Shown here in pieces: positions 53,636 to 55,008 of a stretch of DNA of 55,008 nucleotides. The stretch covers positions 1-55,008 of the forward strand of contig JAIYDQ010000048.1 in assembly GCA_027487375.1 (NCBI GenBank), written 5' to 3'. The stretch's first letter is position 1; each line of letters starts with the position of its first letter. A model generated the notes under the pieces. The model was not told the DNA's origin. It did not search any database and saw only the letters and a list, made by a program, of their open reading frames with translations. Position numbers and translations under genes: made by a program. This stretch comes from Planctomycetaceae bacterium. Its GTDB lineage: Bacteria; Planctomycetota; Planctomycetia; Pirellulales; Pirellulaceae.

Positions 53636-54619
53636 ATGGAAAACTCAACTACTCTTCAACCGGAGCCAAAGATCATGACACTTCGTCGACGTGAGTTTAT
53701 TCAGTCAGTCTCGCTTGCATCGGCTTCGCTCGTATCGGTCTCGCTTCCACAAAGCCAGTCGTTCCTTCAAGCCGCCAGTGCCAGCGACTTTCGATTCAAG
53801 TATCTCCTTGCTTCGTGTATGTACGGATATACGGACTTGAATGAGATTCTCCCGGAAGTAGCCAAAGTGGGAGCGTCGGCGATAGATATTTGGCCGATGG
53901 TGCACGGCAATCAACGAGAGCAACTTGACAAAATCGGCGAAGAGAAATTTGCATCGATCTTAAAGCAGAATCAAATTGGCTTGGGCTGTATTACGCAATA
54001 CAAACTGGGGCCATTTGGGCTGCAGGACGAAATGCGACTGGCTCAACGCTTTGGCTGCAAGACAATCGTCACCGGAGCGAAAGGCCCGATTAACTTGAAA
54101 GGTGCTGAATTAAAGCAGGCCGTTGCAAAGTTCATCGAAGAGCTGAAGCCTCACTTAGCGGTCGCGGAAGAGACTGGAGTTACCATTGCGATCGAGAATC
54201 ATGCCAAGAACCTGATCGATTCGCCCGACTCACTGCGTTATCTTGCCGAGCTAAGTCCTTCAAAACACCTCAGGATTGCTTTCGCTCCTTACCATTTGCC
54301 GCAAGACGAGAAGGCGCTCGCGGGATTGCTTCGCGATGTTATCGAATCGCTCCATGTTTTCTACGGATGGGAACATGGCAATGGATGCATGACGAAACTC
54401 CCTAAAGAAGAGGAAATTTTGCAAATGCCGGGACGAGGGAAATTAGACTTTACCCCGATGGTGTCGGTACTTAAAGAGCATAACTATCAGGGTTGGACCG
54501 AGATCTTTATGCACCCTTTTCCTCGCGGCATCCCAATTCTCGAAACGACCAGTGCGGTGACGACCGAAATCAATCGCTCGCGAGCCTATCTGGACAAATG
54601 CCTTATGAACGTCTCATAA
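53636..54619 (+). CDS. Tat-signal sugar-phosphate isomerase/epimerase (xylose-isomerase-like TIM barrel) protein
   Basis: ATG directly abuts the upstream TAA. The Tat motif is TLRRREFIQSVSLASASL. VTIAIENHAKN is a typical metal-site strand of this fold. Confidence 0.7.
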   Translation: MENSTTLQPEPKIMTLRRREFIQSVSLASASLVSVSLPQSQSFLQAASASDFRFKYLLASCMYGYTDLNEILPEVAKVGASAIDIWPMVHGNQREQLDKIGEEKFASILKQNQIGLGCITQYKLGPFGLQDEMRLAQRFGCKTIVTGAKGPINLKGAELKQAVAKFIEELKPHLAVAEETGVTIAIENHAKNLIDSPDSLRYLAELSPSKHLRIAFAPYHLPQDEKALAGLLRDVIESLHVFYGWEHGNGCMTKLPKEEEILQMPGRGKLDFTPMVSVLKEHNYQGWTEIFMHPFPRGIPILETTSAVTTEINRSRAYLDKCLMNVS

Positions 54620-54652
54620 TCCTTATTCCTCTATTTTGAAACGAGTGTGACT

Positions 54653-55008
54653 ATGCCTCTCGACAGACGAAGTTTCATCGCGGGAACGGCCAGCGGATCG
54701 GTTGCCGCTTTGGCCGCCAACGCACACGCCCAATCCTCCTCCTCTAACAACCAGTCCTCCAAGGAAAACAAGATGTCGCAACCCAAAGTTCTAATCATCG
54801 TCGGCGACGCTACCGAAACAGTCGACACGCTCTATCCGTACTACAGGCTGATTGAAGGTGGTTACCAACCCGTAGTCGCAGCTCCTGAGAAGCGGCTCTA
54901 TCAAATGGTGCTACACGAAGTAAAACCTGGTTGGACCATCACCAAGGAATGGGAAGGCTATACGATCCAAGCCGATATCGCATTCAAAGACATCAAGCCC
55001 GAAGAGTA
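54653..55008 (+). CDS. Tat-signal DJ-1/PfpI-family protein, 3' end outside the window
   Basis: It is absent from the ORF track because it has no stop codon. My own translation is MPLDRRSFIAGTASGSVAALAANAHAQ...KVLIIVGDATETVDTLYPYYRLIEGGYQPVVAAP, which resembles the PfpI/DJ-1 N-terminus. Confidence 0.7.
   Translation, partial: MPLDRRSFIAGTASGSVAALAANAHAQSSSSNNQSSKENKMSQPKVLIIVGDATETVDTLYPYYRLIEGGYQPVVAAPEKRLYQMVLHEVKPGWTITKEWEGYTIQADIAFKDIKPEE

Noticed and set aside
1-55008. Mobile genetic island or prophage signature across the window
   Set aside because: No integrase, transposase, recombinase, phage structural gene or flanking tRNA was recognised. Housekeeping genes are interspersed throughout, so the window looks like core chromosome with lineage-specific inserts.

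Overview
This is a gene-dense 55-kb chromosomal segment with 41 supportable CDS on both strands. Its gene content suggests a Planctomycetota (Pirellulales-like) genome. That is an inference from a DUF1552 plus DUF1592/planctomycete-cytochrome-c gene pair, a formylglycine-type sulfatase, an ECF sigma factor translationally coupled to a Ser/Thr kinase, several Tat-signal Gfo/Idh/MocA-type enzymes, and frequent GTG/TTG starts. Most genes are housekeeping: glcB-glcG, a ZIP metal transporter, PP2C-lgt-ilvE, rnhA, a CrtI-family desaturase, der, thrC, an IlvD/Edd dehydratase, two tandem Cys/Met-metabolism PLP enzymes, a cysI-type sulfite reductase, folD, lnt, a histidine kinase and purEK. I saw no rRNA, tRNA, CRISPR array, transposase or integrase. 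The items most worth a second look are: (1) a LuxD/LuxE/LuxC-like hydrolase, adenylating enzyme and non-hydrolysing ALDH trio at 7.0-10.9 kb with no luciferase, a candidate carboxylate-to-aldehyde reductase system; (2) a long hairpin plus T7 intrinsic-terminator-like leader just upstream of the tandem transsulfuration genes, a candidate unclassified riboswitch or attenuator; (3) a XylR-controlled run of three Tat-signal proteins (Gfo/Idh/MocA oxidoreductase, xylose-isomerase-like TIM barrel, DJ-1/PfpI) at 52-55 kb; (4) the ECF sigma / membrane Ser/Thr kinase pair; (5) the function-unknown DUF1552 / DUF1592 heme-motif pair; (6) four families of intergenic palindromic or foldback repeats that recur across the window. 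All calls come from reading motifs by eye and no searches were run. Hairpin coordinates may be off by 1-2 nt.
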